From contig NC_042998.1 of the NCBI RefSeq assembly GCF_006345805.1, positions 121,272,001-121,336,000 of the forward strand: a stretch of DNA of 64,000 nt, in the 5' to 3' direction. Position numbers and translations under genes: made by a program. The DNA is from Octopus sinensis. Taxonomy: Eukaryota. Below are positions 26,301 through 35,290 of this stretch, one piece after another; the first letter of the stretch is position 1; each line of letters opens with the position of its first letter. The notes under the pieces are model-generated. The model was not told where the DNA came from, ran no database searches, and saw only the letters and a program-made list of their open reading frames with translations.

Positions 26301-29300
26301 TGTTGTAACTTTCTTCTTATAGCACCAGTTCCTATACTTTTTGATTAGACCTCGTATTTCCTTCATTTGTTTATAGGTAACTGCTGGTTCCACGTCATTC
26401 CTCCTCCACCATGTGATCATGTTCTTCACCAAATCTCTGTTGGCGTCACAAGTGTATGGGCTGTTGATATCCAAAGTAACCTCTGGTTTCGCAATGACAT
26501 AACACCGATATTCCCTGAGGGAACATGTTGGACTAAAATCGCTAGTCAGGTACGGAGAGTATCTGTTGGACCAAAAGACCAGGTAAGACATTTACAGGAA
26601 TACACAAGTCTATAAAAGTTGTTCTGATTCCAGGTGGTCTGTACTGTATATTGAAATTATTAGTTCAGTGCCTCAACATAATAATATTTATGTATTTCAT
26701 TGTTTACTATTAAATGCTATAGTGAATATATTATATTCACTATAGCATACTGAGGTACAATGGGTGATGTTAAGGTATTAAACTACTGACAACATAGTTA
26801 TTAGTTCAGATCTCACTACGCTGCGGTGCACCTGAGCACTGTATACAATAATTTCATTATTATTATTATTTACATTCATTGTTGGGTGTAATAAAGATCA
26901 AGACATTTAATTCTGCTTACTCTAACTTACCTAACTGAACAAACAGGTTCCTCCTTTTCCTACTTCCCAGTTCAGTAGTTAGTAGTAGGAAATAACATCT
27001 ATTCAGCTGCGAGAACAATTGCTTCAGTACCCAGCCAAAGAGGGAGTATCTACATAGTGTAGTTTCTGTAAACTTTTGGCAGCAGAAGTACAGTACATCT
27101 TCAGTGTAGACTACACCATAGTTTTAATTATATGCATCTCTTTGTGTTTGTCACCCTACCACTTGACAACCAGTGCTGCTTTGTTTACATCCCTACAATT
27201 TAGTGATTTGGCAAAAGCTTGATAGAATAAGTACCAAACTTAAAATAATCATTTGGGTTGATTTGTTTGACTAAACCCTTCAAGGCAGTGTTCCAACATG
27301 ACTGCAGTCCAATGACTGAAACAAGTAAAAGAGAAGATATCACAGCTCAGGGTAAATAGTGAAGCAGTCCTTTCATACTCGCTATCTATTTGTTTTACAA
27401 ACTCTTTCTGTCTGTCTTTCTTTGTTTCAAAAACACACATTTAATAACTACATGATAATTTCAGAAAGTTTCATTGTGAATCTAAAATATTTTCTCTGTT
27501 GTTTATACACTATAAAGCTGTGGTTTTCCAGTAAATCTATGAGTTTTTCTTTAACTTTAGTTGTGGGTAGTTGTTGAAGCTGGTTTTATGAAATCTGTGA
27601 CTGAAGGAGGAAGTGTCTACCAAAGATTAGGAATCACTGCTGAATGTCCAACTGGAACAGGATGGCAAAAGGTTATTGGGGTAAGTGAAAATATTTTCAT
27701 AAAATCTACATCATCATCATTATCATCGTTTAGCGTCTGCTTCCCATGCTGGCATGGGTTGGACGGTTCAACTGGGGTCTGGGAAGCCAGTCTGATCTGG
27801 CAATGTTTCTACGGCTGGATGCCCTTCTTAACGCCAACCACTCCATGAGTGTAGTGGGTGCTTTTTACGTGCCAGGCGAGGCTGGCAAACGGCCACAATT
27901 GGATGGTGCTTTTTACGTGCCACCGGCACGGAGGCCAGTCGGGGCGGCGCTGGCAATGGCCACATTCGGATGGTTCTCTTATGTGCCACCGGCACTGGTA
28001 TCACAGCTACAATTTCCATTGATGTTGATCGATTTTGATTTTGATTTTCATTTGCCTCAACAGGTCTTCACAAGTAGAGTTTTGTGTCCCAAGAAGGAAA
28101 GGTATGCATAAGTGGACTGGTATAGGTGGACTGGCTACATCCCAGGTAGAGGCTACGGGTTATGGTTTCACTTGTCCTGCCGGATCTTCTCACGCACTGC
28201 ATACTTCCAAAGGTCTCGGTCTCTAGTCATTTCCTTGGTGAGACCTAAAGTTCGAAGGTCGTGCTTCACCACCTCGTCCCAGGTTTTCCTGGGTCTACTT
28301 CTTCCACAGGTTCCCTCAACTGCTAGGGTGTGGCACTTTTTCACACAACTATCTTCATCCATTCACAACACATGACCATACCAGCGCAAACGTCTCTCTT
28401 GCACACCACAACTTTTCTCTCAAGGTACTTACACTCTGTCGAGTATGAACACTGACATTACACATCCATCGGAGCATACTGGCTTCATTTCTTGCGAGCT
28501 TACGCATATCCTCAGCAGTCATGGCCCATGTTTCACTGCTATGTAGCATGGCTATTCGTACACATGCATCATACAGTCTGCCTTTTACTCTGAGTGAGAG
28601 GCCTTTTGTCCCTAGCAGAAGTAAGAGCTCTCTGAACTTTGCCCTGGCTATTCTTACTCTAGCAGTTACACTTTCAACACACCCGCCCCCACTACTGGTA
28701 ATGGAAACTATCAACTATTTCTAGTTTTTCTCCATGGAATGTGGCGGAAGTTGGTCTCTGCGCATTTTCAGTGTTTATTGCTCCTGAGCATCTGCCACAT
28801 ACAAAAACTATCTTCCTAGTTAGCCTTCCTTTGACGTTGCTGCACCTCTTATGTGTCCATAGCTTACACTTGGTGCATCTTATAGAGTTTCTACCTACGC
28901 CTTTTCTATAGATTGAGCAGGGCCATCTACCTGAAGGCGTTTTTGACTTGTCTACCGTCATTGTTGTTGTTTAGCCCAAAACAGTTCTAACTGATCAAAT
29001 CATTCAGCTATGACCAACTTTGACCTTCTTTAGGACTACATGATAAAATGTGTGCCTTCCTTTACAAAGCAGTAGGATGTAATTTGAGAAAAATTTGGTT
29101 TCTATTTCTGAAGGTCAAATGGCCATGTAGAAGTTTCTTTGTTCATTCCTTATTATTTCCACTTCACCTGAGACTGTAGTAGAAGGCACTTACACTATGT
29201 GCTGTACAGTGAGATATATTGAATAATATAGTCCGAGATAAATTTTAGACATGATGATCATGGCTAGAATGGACATACTGTTGTCTTGTTTTTGTTCACT

Positions 29301-29530
29301 TTTAGCATGTTTACATTGAATTTTTCCCTTCCAAATTTTAAATGCCAATCAGAATTACAGGAATAATTCTGCATTGATAATCAGTTCTGGCAGTATAATC
29401 TCTTACAAATGCTTTCACAAACAAGTCCATAAAGAAGTAATTGTTAGAACAGAGCCTCAATGTATAGTTACTCAAATTTGAGTCTCATTACTGAAAAACC
29501 TCTAATCCTGATCCTTGCTTTTAGCTATAT

Positions 29531-29600
<70 letters not shown>

Positions 29601-32361
29601 TACACACACACTCAGTATCCCCCTACAATCAATCACCAACTTTTTCATTGTTCAGTCATTAGCTTGACATATGAATAATGAAAATTACTTGCTAAATATT
29701 TCTCTGGAATCTATTTCATATTATCTTAAATGTAACTCAATTTATCGCCTTCATTAATTAATCTGACATCCAAGTATCTACATGGTCACTTGACCTGCTA
29801 GAAATAGCGCCCAAATCTTCCTCCAGTCATAGCTTATTATCTTTAAAAAAGAGCCCCCTTTGATTTTGTAGCTCAAAGAAATAATCATGGCTGGCTGAAA
29901 TGTATTTGTTCATGGCTTTATTCATTGAAAGCTCTCTGATTAAAAACAACAATCTGTCTTCTCTCTATCTACTACTGCTATTACAATGGTTTCTGACCCC
30001 CTAAACTAGTTAGCTGTGTACTGCCTCTACTCCAATCCAGCTGTTGCACCTTCCTTCCAACAAATTTCTACTGTTGACGAAGCCTCTATGTGTCACTCGA
30101 CCAGCAAGAAATAGCACCCAAATCTTACTTAAATCATACCTTACAGGTCTTTTTAAAAAAAGGACCTATTGGATAATATGGTCCTAGATATATTGTTTAA
30201 ATTAAAGAAGAGATAGTCAAGGATGGAGTGTCTTTCACTATAGGTCTGCTCTACCCGGGCTAACCTGGTTCTACACAATAACTACCTGACTCTTCTGATC
30301 CCACAGTAAAACATTTTGCCAGTCCCTTCTACCATTCACATTTTCTTCATTGGAGTTCAAACTGAATATTGACACTGACATCAATGTCAATAGGCTGAAA
30401 TGTCCTGGATGTAGGACCCTACTCAAGCAAAGATTTTTAGGTCTCTAACATTGATGAAGCCTAGTCAATTTAGTCAACTCCAATAATAAGTGGTATCTAT
30501 TATTTTTATCAAAGGGAGCCTCTAGGTGGTCACTCAACCTGCTAAAAATAGTAACCAAGTTACATTTAGCATCTGCTTTCCATGCTGGCATGGGTTAGAT
30601 GGTTTGACTGAAACTGGTAAGCTGGAGAGCTGCTCCAAGTACCAGTCTGATTTGGCATGGTTTCTATGGCTGGGATGCCCTTTCTAATGCCAACCACTCC
30701 AAGAGTGTAATGGGTCCTTTTTACGTAATACATTCAATGGTAGAGTCCTAGATATATTATGCCTAAAAGTAAGATGGGATGGTCTTACATAGAATTTCTT
30801 TGATAAGAGCTCTATTCAGTTAGGTCTGACCTGGGGTTAAAGAACAACAATCTCAGAAGGCTTAAAATGGTGGGACCTGAACTTGGAATATAAAGAGAGA
30901 TAATAAAATAGTTTCTGTCATCCACTGCTCCTCTTCCTCCTCTGATAATTAATATAATATTGATTACAATAAAAGCTTAACTCATCCTTAATTATTTCCC
31001 ATTCAGTCTTTAGCACATCATCCTGTCTTAAAATAATATGATCATTTAACTAGCATTTTTATTATTTTTTTTGTGGGATAGGGTTTGTGTTTGTGTCGTG
31101 CGTGTGTGTGTGCATTTTCTACTTTCTATTTCTCTATATTTATCAGTCCTCCTTTTACTATTTCAAACTGTCTTTCTCTTTCTAGGATTCAGCATAAGCT
31201 AATTACTCTATCATAGCTATGAAAAGTTAATCATAGAACTAGCCATATTCCTGAATCTGTTGTTTTCAAGAGACTAATAGCACCACTACCATTTTATTAT
31301 AATGTTCACTACACTATTATTTCACTCACCACATTACTCTGCTGTATTATAGTGTTGAATGCACTGTTTCACTTCCGCACTATACTACTGAAATATAATG
31401 TCCAGTATGCTCTGTTTGCCTTCTACACTAAAGTATCACTGTAATACAATATTCTGTATATATTTATGTTCACACTTAGAATTTGCACCACACATCTGGA
31501 AGCCCTATATTGTTCAGAATATCAATCTGGAAACTGTTCAGAAATGTTCAACCAGATGTGTACCTGCCATACCCTGAACATCTTACTTCCCTGGGCATGG
31601 ACACATTAAAGCTCTGACATCTGACAACTGATTTGGTAGACACCTACAAGATTATCCACCACCTTTCCAATAACAACCTTGGTTATCTTTTTGAATTCCA
31701 TATGTCTAATACTTGTAGACATGCTTACAAAATAAAAAAAAACAACAGTACCCATGACTTTCGAAAACATTTTTTCATGCAAAAATTGTTGAAGCATGGA
31801 ATAAACTACCTGCATCATTTGTTAGCTGTGAAGACACAACATCCTTCGAAATTTCCATGCTTCCTGAAATTTGCCAACAGTACACCTGATGTGCCCTGCC
31901 CACACTTTTTTTGTTTTAACAACTCGTATACTATTCACTCCCTGTGCATTATTCTATGTACTGTTCATGCACTTTTGGCTCCTTTTTCTGATGAGTTGCA
32001 GTGCACCTGAGCACTGTATACAATAAGTTCATTATTATTATTATATTGTTCAGTACATACTGTTTCACTACTCACATTTCACTTAAAATGTTTCTGCTGT
32101 GTGATCAAGAACATTACATTGCTAACACCATAAAATAATTTCCAGTTGTTAATGAGAGGAAGTGAGGTTATGCTTGGCAATCAGAAGTATCTGCAGTAGT
32201 CCTATTTATTTAATTTTATATATTATCTTATGTGGAAAGTTTGATTATTTCTTGGATTTTAATTCAATTCTGCTTGTATTTGTATTTTGCAGGGTGGCTG
32301 GCAACACGTTTCCATAAGAGGCTGCATGGAAGACATGATAGTTCCTGCTATTTCAATTTGA
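1..32361 (+). CDS. TECPR1: Tectonin beta-propeller repeat-containing protein 1, 3' portion (5' end outside window). Exons: <1-117, 1863-2011, 3941-4093, 5788-5940, 6835-7001, 11961-12088, 12999-13101, 15057-15153, 17609-17688, 20630-20686, 23229-23421, 25492-25633, 26377-26582, 27561-27680, 32293-32361
   Basis: All 14 introns are GT-AG with matching phases, giving one open frame to TGA at 32359-32361. The peptide is colinear with vertebrate TECPR1 as recalled: WIKKGSLYW (PH domain), [108 protein letters not shown]. Confidence 0.95.
770..1125 (-). mobile_element. Solo 3' UTR/tail of the RTE LINE family
   Basis: Reverse complement of the tail at 10690-11112, including the (CAT)n end, CTACAGCTGGATGC core and GTGCC/GGCAC units. 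Confidence 0.85.
1863..2011 (+). CDS. TECPR1: TECPR1 exon, [49 protein letters not shown]
   Basis: Acceptor tcttgcAG, donor GTAGGT; 149 nt; matches the helix preceding the PH domain (..QRL..R..KE...F.H.E.AVE). Confidence 0.9.
2085..3490. repeat. Degenerate AT-rich minisatellite (units about 30 bp built on CATAACTAAGGTAC)
   Basis: Dozens of variant ATAACTAAG / GTACACAGT / TAAAGTACTGA words at roughly regular spacing. Confidence 0.75.
3525..3720 (-). mobile_element. tRNA-head SINE, family A (head GGYGAGCTGGCAGAAT.GTTAGCA). Other copies at about 5445-5650 (-), 11290-11460 (-), 19610-19750 (-), 44690-44765 (+)
   Basis: Shared text between copies: CCCCAGTACTCAACTGGTAC, GGATGAAAGGCAAAGT, GCTAACAATTCTGCCAGCT. 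Confidence 0.75.
3941..4093 (+). CDS. TECPR1: TECPR1 exon, PH domain N-terminal half ([30 protein letters not shown]...)
   Basis: Acceptor ttttcAG, donor GTAAGT; 153 nt, phase 0-0. Confidence 0.92.
5788..5940 (+). CDS. TECPR1: TECPR1 exon, PH domain C-terminal half (HLQIPLNEV...NEADIDDW)
   Basis: Acceptor atttcAG, donor GTAAGT; 153 nt, phase 0-0. Confidence 0.92.
6835..7001 (+). CDS. TECPR1: TECPR1 exon (VSTLNISS...[16 protein letters not shown]...)
   Basis: Acceptor ttgcAG, donor GTAAGA; 167 nt, phase 0-2; motif AVWS...GDIFV. Confidence 0.92.
7840..9361 (+). mobile_element. Rearranged Ty3/Gypsy gag-protease fragment (pseudogenised)
   Basis: 8455-8900 reads [23 protein letters not shown]...[19 protein letters not shown]...CFWCSGNIH...[10 protein letters not shown] (gag with zinc knuckle). 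9009-9325 and 8024-8345 encode a retropepsin (ALLDMGSD / [16 protein letters not shown]). Stop codons are present. Confidence 0.85.
9550..11112 (+). mobile_element. 5'-truncated RTE-clade LINE in a TECPR1 intron: RT C-terminal half with PHD insert, frameshifted, plus 3' UTR and (GAT)n tail
   Basis: [62 protein letters not shown]; frameshift near 10190; tail GATGATGATGATG at about 11100-11112. Confidence 0.95.
11169..11225 (+). pseudogene. Duplicated fragment of the 3' end of TECPR1 exon 11961-12088
   Basis: 11185-11225 matches 12052-12092 at 37 of 41 nt ([13 protein letters not shown] versus [13 protein letters not shown]), including the GT donor. Confidence 0.75.
11961..12088 (+). CDS. TECPR1: TECPR1 exon ([42 protein letters not shown])
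   Basis: Acceptor ctcctttAG, donor GTAAGT; 128 nt, phase 2-1; tectonin repeat. Confidence 0.95.
12999..13101 (+). CDS. TECPR1: TECPR1 exon ([33 protein letters not shown]), start of dysferlin domain
   Basis: Acceptor ttttctaAG, donor GTTGGT; 103 nt, phase 1-2; YENQ.W.P..GY motif. Confidence 0.93.
14460..14990 (-). mobile_element. Solo RTE 3' UTR/tail
   Basis: Reverse complement of the RTE tail, with (CAT)n at 14461 and several GTGCC-N3-GGCAC units. Confidence 0.88.
15057..15153 (+). CDS. TECPR1: TECPR1 exon ([32 protein letters not shown])
   Basis: Acceptor ttgtAG, donor GTGAGT; 97 nt, phase 2-0; dysferlin WSD.SG and LPS.QW.W motifs. Confidence 0.93.
16555..16835 (+). mobile_element. Solo RTE 3' tail
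   Basis: Same text as 10740-11110; ends GATGATGCTGATGA. Confidence 0.88.
17609..17688 (+). CDS. TECPR1: TECPR1 exon ([26 protein letters not shown])
   Basis: Acceptor tatgatAG, weak donor GTCTCC at 17689; 80 nt, phase 0-2; dysferlin DW..D...PGG.D.EGWQY motif. Confidence 0.93.
17760..18010. repeat. Degenerate minisatellite (TGTTATAATAATCTCAGTC-like units, about 20 bp)
   Basis: Repeated GTTATAATAAT words. Confidence 0.65.
18092..18308 (+). repeat. Representative of an abundant interspersed element of about 200-250 bp (core ..CACTTGACCTGCTAGAAATAGCAGCCAAATCT.., tail GGGGCTAAACAACAAC). About 18 copies in both orientations, e.g. near 1660, 6200, 13370, 15235, 19210(-), 23530(-), 28980(-), 29780, 30080, 30520, 35980(-), 40530(-), 42610, 45200, 53360, 59000(-)
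   Basis: Recurrent shared motifs across the window. The family is not identified; it is probably SINE-like. Confidence 0.75.
18520..19032 (+). mobile_element. CR1-clade LINE 3' fragment
   Basis: Encodes [51 protein letters not shown], a CR1-like ORF2 C-terminus; (ATT)n tail; about 500 bp homologous to 31555-32045. Confidence 0.8.
19035..20520. repeat. Degenerate minisatellite (about 28-30 bp, ATATATTGGTATACTAACATTCTATAGGT-like), interrupted by SINE fragments
   Basis: Recurrent ATATTGGTATA and ACATTCTATAG words. Confidence 0.7.
20630..20686 (+). CDS. TECPR1: TECPR1 exon ([18 protein letters not shown])
   Basis: Acceptor tttttctAG, donor GTAAGT; 57 nt, phase 2-2; DysFC VRRRRW motif. Confidence 0.93.
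21025..21452 (-). mobile_element. tRNA-head, CORE-like SINE (family B) with an RTE-type 3' tail
   Basis: Head and CORE-like CCTTGGG.AA segment at the right end, internal (CA)n, and TTTCCATGCTGGCA plus (CAT)n tail at the left end. Confidence 0.65.
21455..21830 (-). mobile_element. Solo RTE 3' UTR/tail
   Basis: (CAT)n, TTTTCCATGCTAGC, GCCTTTCCTAATGCCAACCAC and GTCTTGAGTACAG match the other tails. Confidence 0.8.
23229..23421 (+). CDS. TECPR1: TECPR1 exon ([15 protein letters not shown]...[23 protein letters not shown])
   Basis: Acceptor gtttcAG, donor GTAACA; 193 nt, phase 2-0. Confidence 0.94.
24587..24676 (+). ncRNA. Type I (minimal) hammerhead ribozyme motif, sense strand of a TECPR1 intron
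   Basis: ATGCAG(24587-92)-CTGAAGA(24593-99)-stem II TGC/GCA-GAAA(24659-62)-C-AATC-G-TA(24670)-CTGCAT(24671-76). Core is intact, helix I is a perfect 6 bp, and the predicted cleavage triplet is GUA. Confidence 0.7.
24840..24981. repeat. 142-nt imperfect foldback (MITE-like or RNA hairpin)
   Basis: AATGTTTTAGCAAAGAAA pairs with TTTCTTTGCTAGAACATT (17/18); inner segments TCTGAA/TTCAGA and TTGAAT/ATTCAA also pair. Confidence 0.7.
25492..25633 (+). CDS. TECPR1: TECPR1 exon ([47 protein letters not shown])
   Basis: Acceptor atttcAG, donor GTAAAC; 142 nt, phase 0-1. Confidence 0.95.
26377..26582 (+). CDS. TECPR1: TECPR1 exon ([11 protein letters not shown]...[13 protein letters not shown]...RVSVGPKDQ)
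   Basis: Acceptor gtttatAG, donor GTAAGA; 206 nt, phase 1-0. Confidence 0.95.
26815..26870 (+). mobile_element. Extreme 3' tail of the CR1-like LINE
   Basis: GCGGTGCACCTGAGCACTGTATACAATAATTTCATTATTATT matches the tails near 18990 and 32000. Confidence 0.7.
27125..27340 (+). mobile_element. 3' half of SINE family B (AAGTAAAAGA tail)
   Basis: CACTTGACAACC, GATAGAATAAGTAC and CAAATGACTGAAACAAGTAAAAGA match the copy at 51858-52210. Confidence 0.75.
27561..27680 (+). CDS. TECPR1: TECPR1 exon ([40 protein letters not shown])
   Basis: Acceptor aactttAG, donor GTAAGT; 120 nt, phase 0-0. Confidence 0.94.
27709..28965 (-). mobile_element. 5'-truncated RTE LINE, antisense in a TECPR1 intron, starting about 30 nt after the exon donor
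   Basis: [55 protein letters not shown]; frameshifts; (CAT)n tail at 27709. Confidence 0.93.
30565..30725 (-). mobile_element. Solo RTE tail nested inside a copy of the abundant short repeat (30520-30850)
   Basis: TTTCCATGCTGGCATGGGTTAGATGG...CCAACCACTCC splits the host repeat into two halves. Confidence 0.7.
31555..32045 (+). mobile_element. CR1-clade LINE 3' fragment (second copy)
   Basis: Homologous to 18520-19032; HDFRKHFF motif; (ATT)n tail. Confidence 0.8.
32293..32361 (+). CDS. TECPR1: TECPR1 last coding exon ([22 protein letters not shown])
   Basis: Acceptor ttttgcAG; matches vertebrate GGWDHISVR; TGA at 32359-32361. Confidence 0.92.
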   Translation, partial: GGWQHVSIRGCMEDMIVPAISI

Positions 32362-32488
32362 TAGTCAGGTGTCCCACCAGCACTGTATTGTGTGTGTGTG
32401 TGTGTATACGTGCATACATATATATGAGTGTGTGTGTGTGTATGTATGTATATATATATATATTTATATCACTCTCTATATATATGTA

Positions 32489-32541
<53 letters not shown>

Positions 32542-32699
32542 CTATATATATGTATGTGTGTGTGTATATTATATATATATATATATAATATATATATATA
32601 TGTATATTATTATTAATAATAATTGTAGGGAATATAATTCAAAATTTACAGGGAAAAATTCAATTTAGCAATTCTAAATCAAATTTCACAATATATAAT

Positions 32700-33945
32700 A
32701 TATGTATATAATTAAGAGAAATAACCTCTATTAAGCAATTCAATAGTGAAAGACATAACATTATATAGAAAAAATTTGAATATACTATAATAAAAATTAT
32801 TCAAAAAGTCAATAAATAAATAAACATTAAATTAACTATGTGCGTTTCATGACTATATCTTTAAATCAATAATAATAAAATCGATACTATTAAAATTAAT
32901 TCGATTTAAAATTAATTCATTTAAGAATAAAACATTGATTAATTCTACTGGCCTTAGCAAGTATATATGGGAATTGAAATCTAAAGGAATTAAGTACAAT
33001 TTAAGTTGGGAGATAGTTTGTAAAGCTAAATCTTATCAAATAGGTAATAATTTTTGTTTACTATATACAAATGAATTTATGGAGATATTACTATCTGATA
33101 ATAAAAAATGAATTCCCAAGATGAGTGAAAAATTAAATGTAGACATAAGTTAAATTACTTATATAATAAGTTAAACTAATTTGTGTATATATATAAACCC
33201 CGATTTATGTTAATAATTTTTGTAGTTATAATTTGTAGTAGTATAATGAGTATAAATTAGCAGTAGATTATGTAGTGTTTATTACATAATTAGAATAAGA
33301 TTAAATAAATTGATGAATATAGATTAAGCAATAGAAATTTAGTTTATTTTACGTATTTTAGTTTTAAATTATTTAGAATTTAGAATTTTCCAGTAAATGG
33401 TATACTATATCTAGTTTATTTCTTATTTTCACAGCTAAAATACTTATTTCTATCTATTTATTCTATAGTTATTATTTACGCCATGTTTTCACGTGATAAA
33501 TTTCTTAGAAACGCTAGGTTCTAAGTTTAACATTTAAAATTTCAGTTAAACTGGTATTCTTCAATAAGATAAGTTATGATTTTATTTTTCATTAATATTG
33601 TTAAATTTTATTCGATTATTTATTGTTACGATATGTATATTTCTATATTTATTTGTTAATTATTATGTTTAGATACATTTATTTATTTTATTATTGTAGA
33701 CCTGAAGAGTGGCTATATTTTTAAATCATTAATTTTAAATTGAATTAATTTTAATAGTATCGATTTTATTATCAATTTAAAGATATAGTCACTAAACGTG
33801 CGTAGTCAATTTAATGATTATTTATTTATTGATATTTTTGAATAATTTTTATTATAGTATATTTAAATTTTTTCTATATAATATAGATAATGTCTTTCAC
33901 TATTGAATTGCTTAATAGAGGTTATTTCTCTTAATTATATATATA
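32700..33945 (+). mobile_element. Penelope-like element fragment: inverted pseudo-LTR arm, GIY-YIG endonuclease C-terminus, then 3' pseudo-LTR
   Basis: 32925-33180 reads NSTGLSKYIWELKSKGIKYNLSWEIVCKAKSY...FCLL..NE...K-CRHK, typical of PLE GIY-YIG C-termini. 32700-32924 is the reverse complement of 33719-33945. A hammerhead motif lies in the pLTR. Confidence 0.8.
33693..33810 (+). ncRNA. Type I hammerhead ribozyme in the Penelope pLTR, probably inactivated (G12 to U)
   Basis: GAC-CTGAAGA(33702-08); 18-bp helix II GTGGCTATATTTTTAAAT/ATTTAAAGATATAGTCAC; TAAAC where GAAAC is expected; then GTGC-GTA-GTC. The inverted copy at about 32830-32860 retains GAAAC. Confidence 0.75.
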
Positions 33946-33951
33946 TATGTA

Positions 33952-33983
<32 letters not shown>

Positions 33984-34140
33984 CGTATGTATATATGTAG
34001 GTATAAGTTAGAAGTGTTTAAAGTCTCTAAGGGATATATATATCCAAAGGCACTTCTGGTAGTTACCTCAGTAGGCATATTCCTTGGTAAAAGGTATATA
34101 CAGCAGCAGGTAATTTAGCGGGTAACTGTAGTTTAATTTA

Positions 34141-34807
34141 TATAGACGAGAAGAAAATGGGGGAAAGTAACAAACAGAAGTGTGTTTTTTGCACTAGTAA
34201 ACCATTATTTAATTAGTAAATAAAGGTGAGAGTGAGAGTGAAGTTGTTTATGATGGTGAGAAAAATATATATTTATATTTTTGCCTCATTGGCAATGGTA
34301 GACATCATCAGGACGAAGAAGTCAGAGGTAGAGAGAAGAAGAGTGAAAGATCAATGGTTACATCAGAAAAGAGAAGATCAAAGATTTGAATGTCTTACAT
34401 TATAGTTGCCTGTAACTTCTGGGGGTAACCCCTAGAAATCACAGACACGTGCAAGACATGCCACTGAATAACCACGAGACCACAGGTCCAACTAACTTAT
34501 ATTCTTTATCCATCTCACAATGGACTTAACAAACTGTGAACCCAACTATAATGTAAGACACTTGAATCTTTGGTCTTCTCTTTTCCAATGTAACCATTGA
34601 TCTTACTCTTCTTCTCTCTATGTCTGACTTGTTCCTTCTGATGATGTCTACCACTGGCAACAAGGCAAAAATATAAATATATATTTTCTTCACTATTGTA
34701 AACAACATCACTCTCACTCTTTACCTTTATTTACTAATTAAATAAAGGCTTACTAGTGCAAAAGACACACTTCAGTTTGTTATTTTTCCTCCATTTTGTT
34801 CTCGTCT

Positions 34808-34810
<3 letters not shown>
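34141..34810. mobile_element. Foldback/MITE-like element, 670 bp, with inverted arms of about 265 bp
   Basis: 34141-34408 is the reverse complement of 34543-34810 (termini TATAGACGAG...CTCGTCTATA); TA context; non-coding spacer of about 135 bp. Confidence 0.85.
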
Positions 34811-35112
<302 letters not shown>

Positions 35113-35246
35113 TTAGGAAAAACCACAATTTGCATATGGCATAAATGCAGAGTGGATGTATTTATTTATAGAAAAATAATGACCTTATTTGGTTTCCTTC
35201 TCTACAAAATTTGTCAAAGGAAATAAAACTGGTTTTATAAGTCAGT

Positions 35247-35290
<44 letters not shown>

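Noticed and set aside
26271-26591. 106-aa minus-strand ORF
   Set aside because: It is the antisense shadow of TECPR1 exon 26377-26582, with no independent evidence.
31986-32030. CTGATGAG in CR1 tails (also 18977) as a hammerhead core
   Set aside because: There is no downstream GAAA or helices; it is simply the LINE 3' UTR.
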